Origin: Octopus vulgaris
Lineage: Eukaryota
Reading direction: 5' to 3'
Assembly: GCA_951406725.2 (NCBI GenBank)
Contig: OX597834.1
Location: forward strand, 3,720,001-3,784,000
Length of the DNA stretch: 64,000 nt
Position 1 is the stretch's first letter; each line of letters starts with the position of its first letter. Of the stretch, positions 1 to 12,092 are shown piece after piece. Under the pieces are notes generated by a model, which had not been told where the DNA came from, did not search any database, and was given only the letters and a program-made list of their open reading frames with translations. A program made the translations under genes and the position numbers.

Positions 1-1239
1 TAAGTTTAATCAAGGTGACGGTGGTTCGGGAAATCCTTGAGCAACAAGGATCGAAGTTTTGGGCAAAAATATTGACTGTGGATTCAAAGAAGTTGTACAT
101 CCAGGACAAATAAGAAAGCTGAAAGGGGAGACTGGAAGACTGTCAAGAAACTGGCTTTTTCGAACTTTACAAAGCGGGGAGAAAAATCTTGAGAACTTGG
201 GTGATGTACTCTCCATCGAAAGAAGCTGTGTTTTGTTTTTGTTGTCAGCTATTTTCAAGAGAAAACTCAAAGTTACCACACATCCACTCCTGCGCCTGTA
301 AATATATATGGTGACCATAGTGGTCAGTCCGATATTTGGACGTACGTAATTACCGTTTATACTACGGCAAAGTATCATATTATTGGAAACTTGAGCCACA
401 GAGCGCAGGTAAGATTACACACGAACCTTTCTACGCAACTGTTTGCACTCACGCACTTATACAAGGCAAGTCATAAATAAGGATCATCACATATTAATCA
501 ATCTTAGTACATTTGACTTACAGCTGTTGCTAAAAGCCATTATAAGTTCGTTATCGGTAGATTGATAAGCCTATTGATCGGTTGGGGAAACTGAACGACC
601 GAGAGAATTGATGTTTCTTTTGTCAGAGTTATTTCTGGTTATAACTAGAAACGAATCTGACGAAAATAACATTAATTCCCTGGGTCGTTCGATTATTCTC
701 AACCGATTCATGGGCTAATTGAGTAAATCTATCAATAATATATCTATAATGACTACTGGAAACAGTTTTAAGTCGAATTTAGTACAATAAAGTAATACGT
801 AACGACCATTATTTATGCCTTGTCTTATACACCAGAATAACTGGAACACAAGCATGGATTTACAATATGGAATGGCTATGAACTATAACCTCGAGCCCTG
901 TCACAAGAATTACACGGAATTCTTTACTAATCTAAACAATATTATGAGCCCGGTGTACTAACAGAGGATTTATAAAGTATTTTGCCCGGATTGATAATCC
1001 TTTATAGCCTCGTTAAGCTATACATAAATAAACTCATGGAGATGAGAATGTGTTAGCGAAAGACTTATTCCTTTAAGTACAGTTTGATGTACTTAAAGGA
1101 ATAAATCTTTCACTACAGCTACCAGCTATTTCTGCCTCTTGGAAGCCCCCTCAACTGGAAGTCCACTTCGCTGCAGTCTAGCTCACTAGCTAGCTCGCAG
1201 CGAAGTCCCTGTCTACAGTACGCATGTCTTAAATCCTGC

Positions 1240-1975
1240 CCCCCAAGAACTGTTGACTGTCATTGGAACCGGGAAGACGCTTTAATTGTCCTGCCTGTGC
1301 ATGTGGTTACTCGGCTCTTTGGTGACTGTTCCTTGCCATGGGTTGGTGCACTTTGCCTGGGGTGGCCTCTGTTTGGTGGTTGAGCTACCTGAACGGGGCT
1401 GTCAGTATCGAGATGAGTCGGTTTCAACCTACCGATGGAAACTGTGTCCTGTCATCCGCCAATTAGGAGTTGAAATGATTTGTCTCTCGGACATATGATT
1501 TCATATGGACCATCGTCGGGTGACTGGAGGGGTTTTGGTTTTAGTAATGTGTATATGAAATGGTGCTTCATTACACGTTGAACGAACACAAAGTTAGCTG
1601 TGTGGAGGTCGTTTGGTACGGATGGTCTGGGTGTACCGTGTGTTGACATAGGAATAAGGCGCAACTGGCCCAAGCTGTCCTTCAATTGAGGGAGGCACCT
1701 TTTGACATCCGGGTCTGACTTCGTATTCGGAAGGAACTCTCCTGGTGCTGTAAGAGGGGAACCATACACATTTCCGCAGAGGAATTGTTGAGATTTTCTT
1801 TTGGAGCGGTGCGGATTCCCAGCATCACTCATGGAAGTTGATCAATCCAATTGGGTCCGTTAAGTCTGGTTGTCAGGGATTCCTTCAGGCGGCGATAAAA
1901 TCTCTCCAGTGACCCGGTGGCTTGTGGATGGTAGGCTATTGTGTTGTTCATTGTGATTCCAAAATGGTCACAGAT
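1240..1975 (-). mobile_element. Gypsy/Ty3 LTR retrotransposon integrase remnant
   Basis: TIAYHPQATGSLERFYRRLK (integrase core end), VYGSPL..PGEF and PDDGPYEI (GPY/F motif); frameshifted. Confidence 0.85.
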
Positions 1976-1981
1976 ATATAT

Positions 1982-2028
<47 letters not shown>

Positions 2029-2749
2029 GCAAATAAGTAACAAAGATGTCCAGGTATCAATTAATATAATAAATTTGCTAACTTATGAATTACCACATCC
2101 TGTATTCCTCATTTCTAATTCCCATCCTTAGAGCTTATTTTAACCTCTTTTGTTTTTCACTTTTATTTGATAATCTAAATAAGGACTAGCCACCAACATC
2201 CATCCTTCTTCTAGTTATCACCTCTTCCCCATCAGTCATACTCTCACTAGCAGCTCTGAGACATATCCTTTTATGTAGATAAAGCTAGTATATGGTCCCA
2301 GTAAAATAAGGGTCTGGGAGGTTGTCTGACAGTAATTAATTTATCACTATCAACTGGAACATAGCTGACAATTCCCAATCGATTTAAGTTTAAATGTTTG
2401 TATAAAATCTTATAAATAAAAATAAAAATAAATAACTATCTCACCACTCCCTATATTTTGACCCCACCACTATTTTCCTCTGCTACTCTCTAAATTATAA
2501 ATGCTAAAAATGGTTTATCCTTTATGTTGGAAATCTATATGATCATCTGCGCCTGAGGAGAGCAGTTTCTCTCAAATTGATGTGATGTTTGCATTGATTG
2601 ATTAAACGGAGCCACTTGAAACATCCATAATGTATTGATACCTGGACATCCTTGTTACTCATTTGCATTTTGCTCACCTTACTTTGAGCTGCATGGACGA
2701 TACTGAACTGACTTGGTGCCTCAATTTAAGTACCTAATTCAAGTGAATC

Positions 2750-2817
<68 letters not shown>

Positions 2818-3077
2818 AACTTATAAACAAGGGCGTGCTTATAGTGATAAATTATATGGTTATTGACGATTTGTCTATTTTCGGCATATTTGGCATTACA
2901 ATTTTTTCTTTTGCCCTTGTTTATAAGTTGTTTATAAATTTAACCTTTAAAGGTATTTTTTAATATGCTGGCCATTGATAAAATTTTTTTCGAAAAATGT
3001 TATCCTATATTACATATATATATATAGATGCATTGCATAAGCTTTTATATATATGTGTGTGCATATGTATATATGTG

Positions 3078-3312
3078 GGGGCGCATGGTTTAGTGGTCAG
3101 GGTGTTGGATTCAATGATTGTAAGATTGTGATTTCGATTCTTGGACTGGGTGATGTGTTGTGTTCTTGAGCAAAACACTTCATTTCATGTTGCTCCAGTC
3201 TACTCAGCTGTGGAAAATGAGTAATTGTGTGATGGACTGGCGTTCTGTCCAGGTGAGGAGTATATACACCATTGAAACTGGACCTTATAAACCTGGCATC
3301 GCTCAGGAAGGA
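3078..3312 (+). mobile_element. tRNA-headed SINE, family 4 (related copies 23780-24090 +, 39497-39716 +)
   Basis: A/B box-like head, then the shared body GTGTTCTTGAGCAA..CACTT.ATTTCATGTTGCTCCAGT. Confidence 0.7.
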
Positions 3313-3363
3313 AGCATTTTTTTATGTGTGTATATATATATATTATATATATATATACATACA

Positions 3364-3445
<82 letters not shown>

Positions 3446-4117
3446 AACACACATATATACAGTAATATACATATGTGTACACACACACACACACACATAC
3501 ATATATTTATACACCTCATCCCTTGCAATTGGTATTACTGCACTCCCCTATTTCCCCTCTCTGGTCTCCATGTTTTAGCCCACACAATGCTCAGAATACT
3601 CTCTAATCTGTCCCGTGAACAAAGCATCTCCTGTACCGGTTCCACAACTGAATGTCAATAAATTGTGCTGCCTCAAAAGTATCTCTAGCAACTAGAAGAA
3701 TTTGTCTGCAACTGGTGCCAGAAAAAGTGCCCCTGCTAAATATGGTAAAGTGGTTGGCTACTGAGTAGAAAATGTATAGAGTTCTGTGACCATTTATACA
3801 GAATCTTCAGTCTTGGTACGACAAGAGAATGCACCCAATGCACTTGGTAAAATGGTTTGTGAAAGGAAGACCATCCTGCTGTAGAAATCAAGTGAGATGG
3901 ATGAGCAACGGTCTATGGAAGCAGCATGGAAAGGAGATATGAAAATGGTGATATATATATGGAGAGATACACATACATACACACACACACAGATATGATA
4001 TATTCAGATACATATATAAAGACATTCAATCACAAACATACATTCATACATACACATATACATACATACATAAACATGCATAAGACGTGTGTGTGTGTGT
4101 ATGTGTGTTTGTGTGTG

Positions 4118-4151
<34 letters not shown>

Positions 4152-4461
4152 AGTGACTGTGTGAAAAAAATGTGTTCATTGTCTGGTTGCAAAATGGCTA
4201 CTGGAGGGACTAATACAGAATGATGAAGTGAAATCTTTATTACATCCAGTTGTCATGTAATGAAAGAAGTATATTACAGCTGTTTAAAAAATGCCTTATA
4301 AATGCATTATATATATGTGTGTGTACACACACATACCTGTATGTATACATATATTGTCATACACATGTTTATTAATATATATCTGCATGTATTCATGTAT
4401 TTACATAGGCACACAGACTCACACATGCATACACATTGCAGTTGTTGACAATCAATATAGC

Positions 4462-4836
4462 ATTTAACATTATATTTCGTTTTTGGATTTGGTTTGCAGG
4501 ATTCTTTATATGATTTCGTGTGTTGAAGCATATTCTGTTGTTTCTGGGGAGAGTCATTTTCTTTTTGTGCCTTATTATGTAAGACACTCACCGGTAAAAT
4601 TTCCCCTTTTTTCTTATTTTTATTGTCCTAAAATTTTCGTTGCGTCTTGCAACCTTTTCAATAGTTGTGAAAGTTTTTGGGAATCAAAACTATTAAAAAG
4701 GTTGCAAGACGCAACGAAAATTTTAGGACAATAAAAATAAGAAAAAAAGTGAAAATTTTACCGGTGAGTGTGTTACATAATAAGGCACAAAAAGAATATG
4801 ACTCTCCCCAGACACAACAGAATTTAACATTATATT
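4462..4836. mobile_element. Penelope-type non-autonomous insertion with inverted arms and 15-bp TSD
   Basis: Arms 4532-4666 and 4688-4823; ATTTAACATTATATT duplicated at 4462-4476 and 4822-4836; same family at 16840-16925, 30010-30200 and 36430-36616. Confidence 0.75.
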
Positions 4837-5164
4837 AATGCTTAAATGCTTCCTTATATATTAGATACCTAATATATAAGGAATGCCATATATCCAAAAA
4901 ATCTCCCAGATTTGTCATAACAGTGCAATGTTAAATAGTGCCTCACATATAGGACCCTATGTGTATATGCTGGAATTTAAGCATATGTTGGTGTAGGAGC
5001 TAATATGCGTTACCTCACTGAGTTACATTATTGTTGGATCATTTTAATGTTCCTGAAATATTTTTGTTGAAATCATTACATTGTTGTTTTTAGTTGTTAT
5101 TATTTTTGATGTTTTGTTGTTGTTTTTATATTGATGAAATTCAGAAAACGTTATTGATAATTGC

Positions 5165-5302
5165 TCATACTTTTTCTGCAGGTTCTTCATTGTCTTGGGA
5201 AGAGAAATGCCATGGTTTGCCTTCTCTCTCACTCGTTAAATGTTTCATCAAGTTTCTCAGCATTTCAACAACATTATCCAGTTTCTGATCCATTTGTACC
5301 AT
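5165..5302 (-). CDS. KCNQ1: KCNQ1 exon 14 (helix D coiled coil, stop)
   Basis: TTTTCATTTAG acceptor, phase 0; MVQMDQKLDNVVEMLRNLMKHL...EEPAEKV*, resembling human VTQLDQRLALITDMLHQLL; TGA at 5167-5165. Confidence 0.88.
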   Translation of the reverse strand: MVQMDQKLDNVVEMLRNLMKHLTSEREGKPWHFSSQDNEEPAEKV

Positions 5303-5574
5303 CTAAATGAAAACCCCAAAATAAGGAAAAAATTAAAAGATTTTAAATCAACTTAAGTAATATCAAGACTAGATTTTACAACATTTTCAGCTGATAAATG
5401 AATAAATTTGGGATGGAGAAAATCTTCATACTTGATAGTTAAAATGGAAAGCTGTTTTTTTACACAACGAGTAATATAAATATATGAAGAGTCATCAAAA
5501 GGATCATAATACTGGAAATAATGGCAATGTCAGCAGACTTTTGAAAAGATGCCATCGGAATTTTCCTTTTCATT

Positions 5575-5765
5575 ATCATCATCATCATCGTTTAGCGTCC
5601 GTTTTCCATGCTAGCATGGGTTGGACGGTTCTACTGGGGTCTGTGAAGCCAGAAGGCTTCATCAGGCCCAGTCAAATCTGGCAGTGTTTCTACGGCTGGA
5701 TGCCCTTCCTAACGCCAACCACTCCGTGAGTGTAGTGGGTGCTTTTTACGTGCCACCCGCACAGG
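5575..5765 (-). mobile_element. Dispersed retroposon with (ATG)n tail, family 5 (also 11533-11808, 31540-32010 +, 39240-39495, 54318-54620, 56388-56545, 58570-58795 +)
   Basis: Shared CATCATCGTTTAACGTCCGTTTTCC..GCTAGCATGGGTTGGACGG..CTGGATGCCCTTCCTAACGCCAACCACTCCG. Confidence 0.8.
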
Positions 5766-6340
5766 TTTCCTTTTATGCAATAATAATCCACAATGCATTT
5801 GTGGAACTGGTGCCAATATTTGCAATACTTGATGGAACTATAGATGAAATGCATTTCATTGATATTAAAACTCTAAGATCATCACATCAGCTAAAATCTT
5901 GCACAAAATTGGCAATGTTCACAGATTCTGTTACAGGAGGAAAAAAATGGGTGAAGAAACTTAAACCCTTAAACCCAGACAATCTTCTTGTGTTGTATGC
6001 TAACATTCAGATGGTATACGATTGATGCTAAACAACTGCAGCAACAAAAAGACATCAGCCTACATTTGTGCTCAGAAGTAAAGAAAACAACACTTTATGA
6101 GTCCTGGATGAACTCAAGGAGATGCAATTTCAACCTTATGATTGTTGAATGAATCTACTCCAACAACAAAAGGTTATGAATAGAAAAGTTTTCAAGAAAT
6201 TTGAGAATAATGGCCATATTGGTCAGGTCTTGAAGGTTTTACTTTTACAATCTAACATTAAGAGACAGTTACTAAATACTTAAGCAATAAAAGAAACAGT
6301 GTCTGAAATGCTGATTATGTCACACATCTGTGGAAGATAT

Positions 6341-6375
<35 letters not shown>

Positions 6376-6714
6376 GCCATGTAAGTTAGGGGTTATGGAT
6401 CCAACCCACTGAGGGATAGTATTTATCCAATATACTGTTGGTATAGTACCCAAATTCTTAATACACAAGTCTTTTTAATTGCAATGCAATTAACTTATTT
6501 ATTGTATTAAATGGGTGAAGGTAAAGAAATATTTTACCATTAATTTATAATACAAATAAGAAAACGGAGAAACAATTTAGTTAGTTCATCAGCTTTTGGA
6601 TATTAGAATGTTGAATTATTTATTCATTTAACAAAAATGAGAACCTTAATAGCATACATATATACATTATAATTCAATACATGTAAGATAAGAATACAAA
6701 TTATAAAAATCATA

Positions 6715-6799
<85 letters not shown>

Positions 6800-6803
<4 letters not shown>

Positions 6804-7015
6804 GTGACAATTATTCGGTAGTCAAAATAAAACTCTGAGTTTCGGATGCCGAGGTAGAAATCCACACCACCATCTCTTCAGTTATCTGGCTATCCGAAAC
6901 TGAGTTTTGTCTTGGCTACCGAATAATTGTTACATATTTTTTACAGATAAATTTCTTCTATTTACATAATATTGAGGTCTCTTTCTTTCTTTTGTTATCT
7001 TACCGTTTTTGCCAA
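6800..7015. mobile_element. Palindromic hammerhead-bearing repeat (same family 10912-11165, partial 11400-11515)
   Basis: Inverted arms TGTGACAATTATTCGGTAG / CTACCGAATAATTGTTACA; shared 3' body ending ACGTTTTTACCAAT. Confidence 0.75.
6825..6887 (-). ncRNA. Type I hammerhead ribozyme motif (on the KCNQ1 sense strand)
   Basis: AGAUAA-CUGAAGA-GAUG...CAUC-C-GAAA-CUCAGAG-UU-UUAUUU. Stem I has 6 pairs including one G.U, the core is intact, stem III is minimal, and the cleavage triplet is GUU. Confidence 0.7.
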
Positions 7016-7057
7016 TATATATATACCAATATATATATTTTTACCAATATATATATA

Positions 7058-7443
7058 CTAGCGTTGCTCGGGTTTGTAAGGGAAATAACTATATAAGCAT
7101 TTTTAGAGAGTTATAGCCAAAAAATAGCAAAAAAATGCATTAAAAATGGAAAAAAAAATGATGGTAAATTTTTTTTTAAATCGTTGACTCATCGTAGACA
7201 TTTTTAGAGAGTTACTTCCCTTATATAATAGCGAAAAAATGCATTAAAATGGAAAAAAATGATGGTAAATTTTTTTTAAAATCGTAGACTCATTGTAGAC
7301 GAGCGCTAATACCCAGAAGGGCTCGATATGAATCACGACTATAAGATACCCGGTTTTGGTTAAACTGCACCGCAAAATGTGGGAGTAGTTAGGAATCTAA
7401 ATCGTAGGAGACAGACACACAACTTGACTTTTATATATAAAGA
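7058..7443 (-). mobile_element. Non-autonomous Helitron
   Basis: 5' TCTTTATATATAAAAG and 3' CTAG, inserted between A and T; internal ~90-bp duplication. Confidence 0.7.
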
Positions 7444-7829
7444 TATTCAGCAACTATCACAAAAGTATTGTCTACGTATGTGACTTAGTGTTGCAACTAA
7501 AACAATGAGCAATATTATCCACGGGAAGAGCTATTTTGAGACAAATGTAAGAAATATTTCTGAAGTATTTCTACCAAATACAAACTGAGGGAGCCTCTGC
7601 ATAATAGTTCAACCACCTTGAAAAATCAACTAAATCTCCCCTAAACAACACCCTACACTATTCCTGAAGTAGCAATAAATGACTGTAGTTGATCATAAGT
7701 TTCTATGAAGGGTGAGGAAGGGTAGAACATCAAAAATGTAAGCTAGATCTGTTTGGAATAGAAAGCAAAATGTACTGATACAGATGTTAGATGCAAGAAA
7801 TAAAGTATTTGTGGGCTTGAGGTCGCTCA

Positions 7830-7985
7830 TGCTGCAGGTGGTGGCCACATTGAACACTTGTAAGACAGGAAATAAAAGTTGATTGGGAGTAAATACTTGT
7901 GACTCAGCTGGGGTTTTCTATGGCATTTCCTTATTAAAATATTGCATAATGAAATTGGTTCGTTCTTTTCGAATAACCCTGTATA
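7830..7985 (-). mobile_element. Tc1/mariner 5' end remnant
   Basis: TA-CAGGGTTATTCGAAAAG terminus typical of mariner-like TIRs. Confidence 0.45.
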
Positions 7986-9039
7986 TAAGACTTTTCTAGA
8001 ATTCAGCAAATTTTTACAATTGTTATTTAAGATCCAATGATTGAGATTTGACTCTTAAATAGAAATCAACTTCATTATCGAAACAAGATAGACAATACAA
8101 AAAGTGAAATCCTTTCAGATTTTACTTTCTTTAACAGCCCATAAAAAACGTAAGCATCACTTTTGTTATTCTTTGTTCTTTAATTTTTGACATGTTCCTT
8201 CATCCAGTTCCATAAATATTTTAATGTTTTAAATTGCTTTTCTATACTACATTTTCTTTCCCATTGTTTTAAATTGCTTCTCTTTAGTATATTGTCTCTC
8301 TCATTCTTGTTACATTTTTTTACTAAAACTTACCTAGTACCACCACAGTTAATACCAGAAACCCATCCTTACTTTGTCTCCCTCGTAAGTAAAATCCTCA
8401 AACCCTTTGACTGTTTTGTCCTTCCATACAGCATACACATCATAAACCAGACACAGGTACCCCTCTCTCCTCTATAGCAAGATGCTACCAATAATACACC
8501 TGACAAGGAAAATATAATCAAAGCAAACACTCTTAACAACAGTGATATCATTAAAGATAATTTACTTTTTGCATTGTCTATAATTTACAACAGTCTGTGC
8601 ATATATTTATGTGTATGGATCTGTGAATATGTGTATGTATGAGTGTGGTTCAAGTGCATAGATGTGGGTATATGAGAGTGTGCATGTAAATGTCAGTTTG
8701 TATTTTATATATATATCATAAAATGAATGTCTGTCAAACAGACCAAAATGTTTGCCTTATTTTATGATGAGGAAGTAACGGACACCTTTACACTGTTTTG
8801 TCTGTTCTGTAATGGTATTGACTTCTTTCTACTATCTCTGTGTCAGAGAATAAATCAATCTGAATTATGCGTTATCTCTTCTCTTCCTTAATTTGTGCCT
8901 CAGTTGACTGACAGCTTCTCAACACACCCAATAGTCTATATATTCTATTCCAAACTTTAAAACTCCACTAGCTTAAATTAGTAGGCTATGTCGTGGCTGG
9001 CTAAGTTTAAATAATGTAACATAATGTAATCAGTTAATC

Positions 9040-9395
9040 AGTTAGTTAGTTTGTTAGTTAATTTTTTGGCTCAAAAAGCAAAAAGCAAGGCCATGTAGGG
9101 GGACATGGAGTTATGTACAGGGAGGGAGTTCATGTAAAGAGTTTAGGCCATTTGAGGTCAAGGGAGACTTTGAACCGAGCGGTCGTCAACATCTTCACTA
9201 TCTCGTCCGGCAGCTTATTCCACGGATCCGCAACCTGGATGGAGAAAGCCCCTCTCCTTTGATTGAGATGAAAACGTCGCAGATAGAGCTTTTCGGAGTG
9301 ACCCCGCAGCTGACGCTCTGGAGCAGGAGTGAAGAACAGCTCTTTCGAGAGGTTACACTTTCCGCTTATGATATAGTGAGCGAGAATGAGATCAG
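9040..9395 (-). mobile_element. CR1/L2-like LINE 3' end (second copy 47153-47505)
   Basis: LRGHSEKLYLRRFHLNQRRGAFSIQVADPWNKLPDEIV; short tandem tail; two similar copies. Confidence 0.8.
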
Positions 9396-9663
9396 CACGT
9401 TAAAGAAACAATTGTCATGAATTGAAACTTCCATTTGTCTGTTATTTTCTGTACTTACACCAGAGCAAGAATTTGCTGAGGAATTGGATCATACGTAGGT
9501 AAATAAGTGGAATTGAGAATTACCTAACAACAGTATGCGGTCAGTATAATTGATACCTGAGACAACAGATTATTTCACTGTCTGCTCTGTTTAATTCTAT
9601 CTAGCCAAATGGTGGTGTCTTTCACATTGATGTGCCTTGATTCTTAATAAATCCTTTGAACTA

Positions 9664-9705
<42 letters not shown>

Positions 9706-9780
9706 ACGTGTGTGTATGTGTGTGCATGCATGCATGTGTGTGGACAAAGATATTCTCACAAAATGCATAATATTACAAAC

Positions 9781-9880
9781 CTGATTTTCTACTCTTACAA
9801 TGCGTGCACAAATTGTCATTTTGTCTCTGTCTCGTGAATTATGGTACAAAGTTGAAGGTTTCCCAAGAATTTGGTCAAGC
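9781..9880 (-). CDS. KCNQ1: KCNQ1 exon 13 (C-D linker, start of helix D)
   Basis: LDQILGKPSTLYHNSRDRDKMTICARIVRVENQ; TAG acceptor and GTTTGT donor; 100 nt. Confidence 0.93.
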
Positions 9881-10248
9881 CTATAAATAAAAGGTAAAAA
9901 TAAATACATGAAAGAGATTCTAATTCTGTCTGCCACTGCTTTTATAGAAAATATATCATTCCCTATCCAAAATAAATCTGTGCAAACCAATCATTTTGTT
10001 TCATTGTCAATACACCTCTTTCGCTTCCATAATTTATCTAGTTGTTGATGAAATCTAGCTTCAGGTAACAACTCTGCTCAAGAACCATTATACCATTCTG
10101 TTGCTGCTTACATATCTGTTGCTTGATTGAAGGAGTTATTTGAGAGCTGTCTGGCATGCAAGCAACAACTCAGGGTAGATTACAGAGCTCTCAGACTCCC
10201 TAATGATTCTAAGAGCTGTGACTATTGAGAAAACATAGGTTGTATATA

Positions 10249-10653
10249 CTCTTTACTCTTTTACATGTTTCAGTCATTTGACTGCGGCCACGCTGGGGCA
10301 CCGCCTTTAGTCAAGCAAATCGACCCCAGGACTTATTCTTTTGTAAGCCCAGTACTTATTCTATCGGTCTCTATTGCCGAACCGCTAAGTTACGGGGACG
10401 TAAACACACCAGCATCGGTTGTCAAGCGATGTTGGGGGGACAAACACAGACACACAAACATACACATACATATATATATATACATATATACGACAGGCTT
10501 CTTTCAGTTTCCGTCTACCAAATCCACTCACAAGGCATTTGTCGGCCCGGGGCTATAGCAGAAGACACTTGCCCAAAATGCCATGCAGTGGGATTGAACC
10601 CGGAACCATGTGGTTTGTAAGCAAGCTACTTACCACACAGCCACTCCTGCGCC
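10249..10653 (-). mobile_element. Major ~400-bp tRNA-headed SINE, family 1
   Basis: Head GGCGCAGGAGTGGCTGTGTGGTAAG..GGGTTCA, internal (TA/CA)n, tail (GTAAAAGA)n; 9 near-full copies in the window. Confidence 0.9.
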
Positions 10654-10927
10654 TATTGTTTATCTTTCTGGCATAGTTATCATTATGCCTGGATACCATT
10701 CTTGTTACCTTTACAGAATCAACTGCAGATTGAACTCATGCCTCTTCAGTAAACACAACTTCCAGCAAATGTCCTCATGCACCACAGTTCTGATACTCTA
10801 CTCCAACAACTCCTCACTGATTTTCTTTGATCTCCATCAATAATGTTTTGAACCCATTGGAGGAAGTGCGGTGTTCTTATGGTGCCTGAATATTTTGTTC
10901 TCTTTGATACAAATTATTCGGTAGCCA

Positions 10928-10990
10928 AGATGAAACTGTGAGTTTCGGATGCTGAGGTGGAAATCCACACCACCATCTCTTCAGTTATCC
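10928..10990 (-). ncRNA. Type I hammerhead motif, slightly degenerate (inverted partner of 10998-11060)
   Basis: GGAUAA-CUGAAGA-GAUG...CAUC-C-GAAA-CUCACAG-UU-UCAUCU; one mismatch each in stems I and III. Confidence 0.55.
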
Positions 10991-10997
10991 GGCCATC

Positions 10998-11060
10998 AGA
11001 TAACTGATGAGATGGTGGCGTGGATTTCCACCTCGGCATCCGAAACTCAGAGTTTTATCT
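10998..11060 (+). ncRNA. Type I hammerhead ribozyme motif
   Basis: AGAUAA-CUGAUGA-GAUGGUGG...CCACC..CAUC-C-GAAA-CUCAGAG-UU-UUAUCU; perfect 6-bp stem I. Confidence 0.72.
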
Positions 11061-11821
11061 TGGCTACCGAATATTTGTCACATATTATTTTACAGATAAA
11101 TTCCTCTATTTACATAATTTCAAGGTCTCTTTCTTTCTTTTGTTATCTTAACGTTTTTACCAATATATATATATATATATCACGTGATCACGTGACCGAC
11201 CAGACCATCAGATGTTGTTACACATCGCTGGTCACAATGCGTTCGCATTGTTTTAGCCTTCGAATGATGCCACCCCGCTGGCTAAGCGAGCAGGCCAATA
11301 TATACATATATATATATATATATAGATAAAAATATATCAGATATGTATTGCATACATATGTTAAACTAATACATCTGTTTGTTGTTTACACACCTGTCTG
11401 TCTTTTATCTTGGCTATTGAATAATTGTCACATATTACATTTACAGATAAATTCCTCTATTTACATAATTTCGAGGTCTCTTTCTTTCTTTTGTTATCTT
11501 AACGTTTTTACCAATATATATATATATATATATCATCATCATCATCATCATCATCATCGTTTAACGTCTGTTTTCCGTGCTAGAATGGGTTGGACGGTCC
11601 AACCGGGGTCTGGGAAGCCAGGAGGTTGCACCAGGCTCCAGTCTGATCTGGCAGTGTTTCTACAGCTGGATGCCCTTCCTAATGCCAACCACTCCGTGAG
11701 TGTAGTAGGTGCTTTTAACGTGCCACCTGTACAGAAGCCAGTCAAGGTGGTGCTGGCATCGGCCATGTTCAAATGCTGCTTTTTACATGCCACTGGCACA
11801 GAAGCCAATATATATATATAT

Positions 11822-11875
<54 letters not shown>

Positions 11876-11932
11876 TATATATTATATATATATAAATGTG
11901 TGTGTGTGTGTGTATATATATATTATATTTAT

Positions 11933-11973
<41 letters not shown>

Positions 11974-12052
11974 TATATATATTATATATAATATATATAT
12001 ATATTATATGTAATATATATATATGTATATATATAATATATATATATATATA

Positions 12053-12092
<40 letters not shown>

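Noticed and set aside
10-399. 129-aa (-) and 80-aa (+) ORFs at the window start
   Set aside because: No recognisable domain; both cross a SINE terminus at 272-298, and the window edge prevents assessment.
3160-4600. Many YI/HT/CV-rich ORFs here and throughout the window
   Set aside because: They are translations of (TA)n, (CA)n, (TACA)n and (TAA)n microsatellites.
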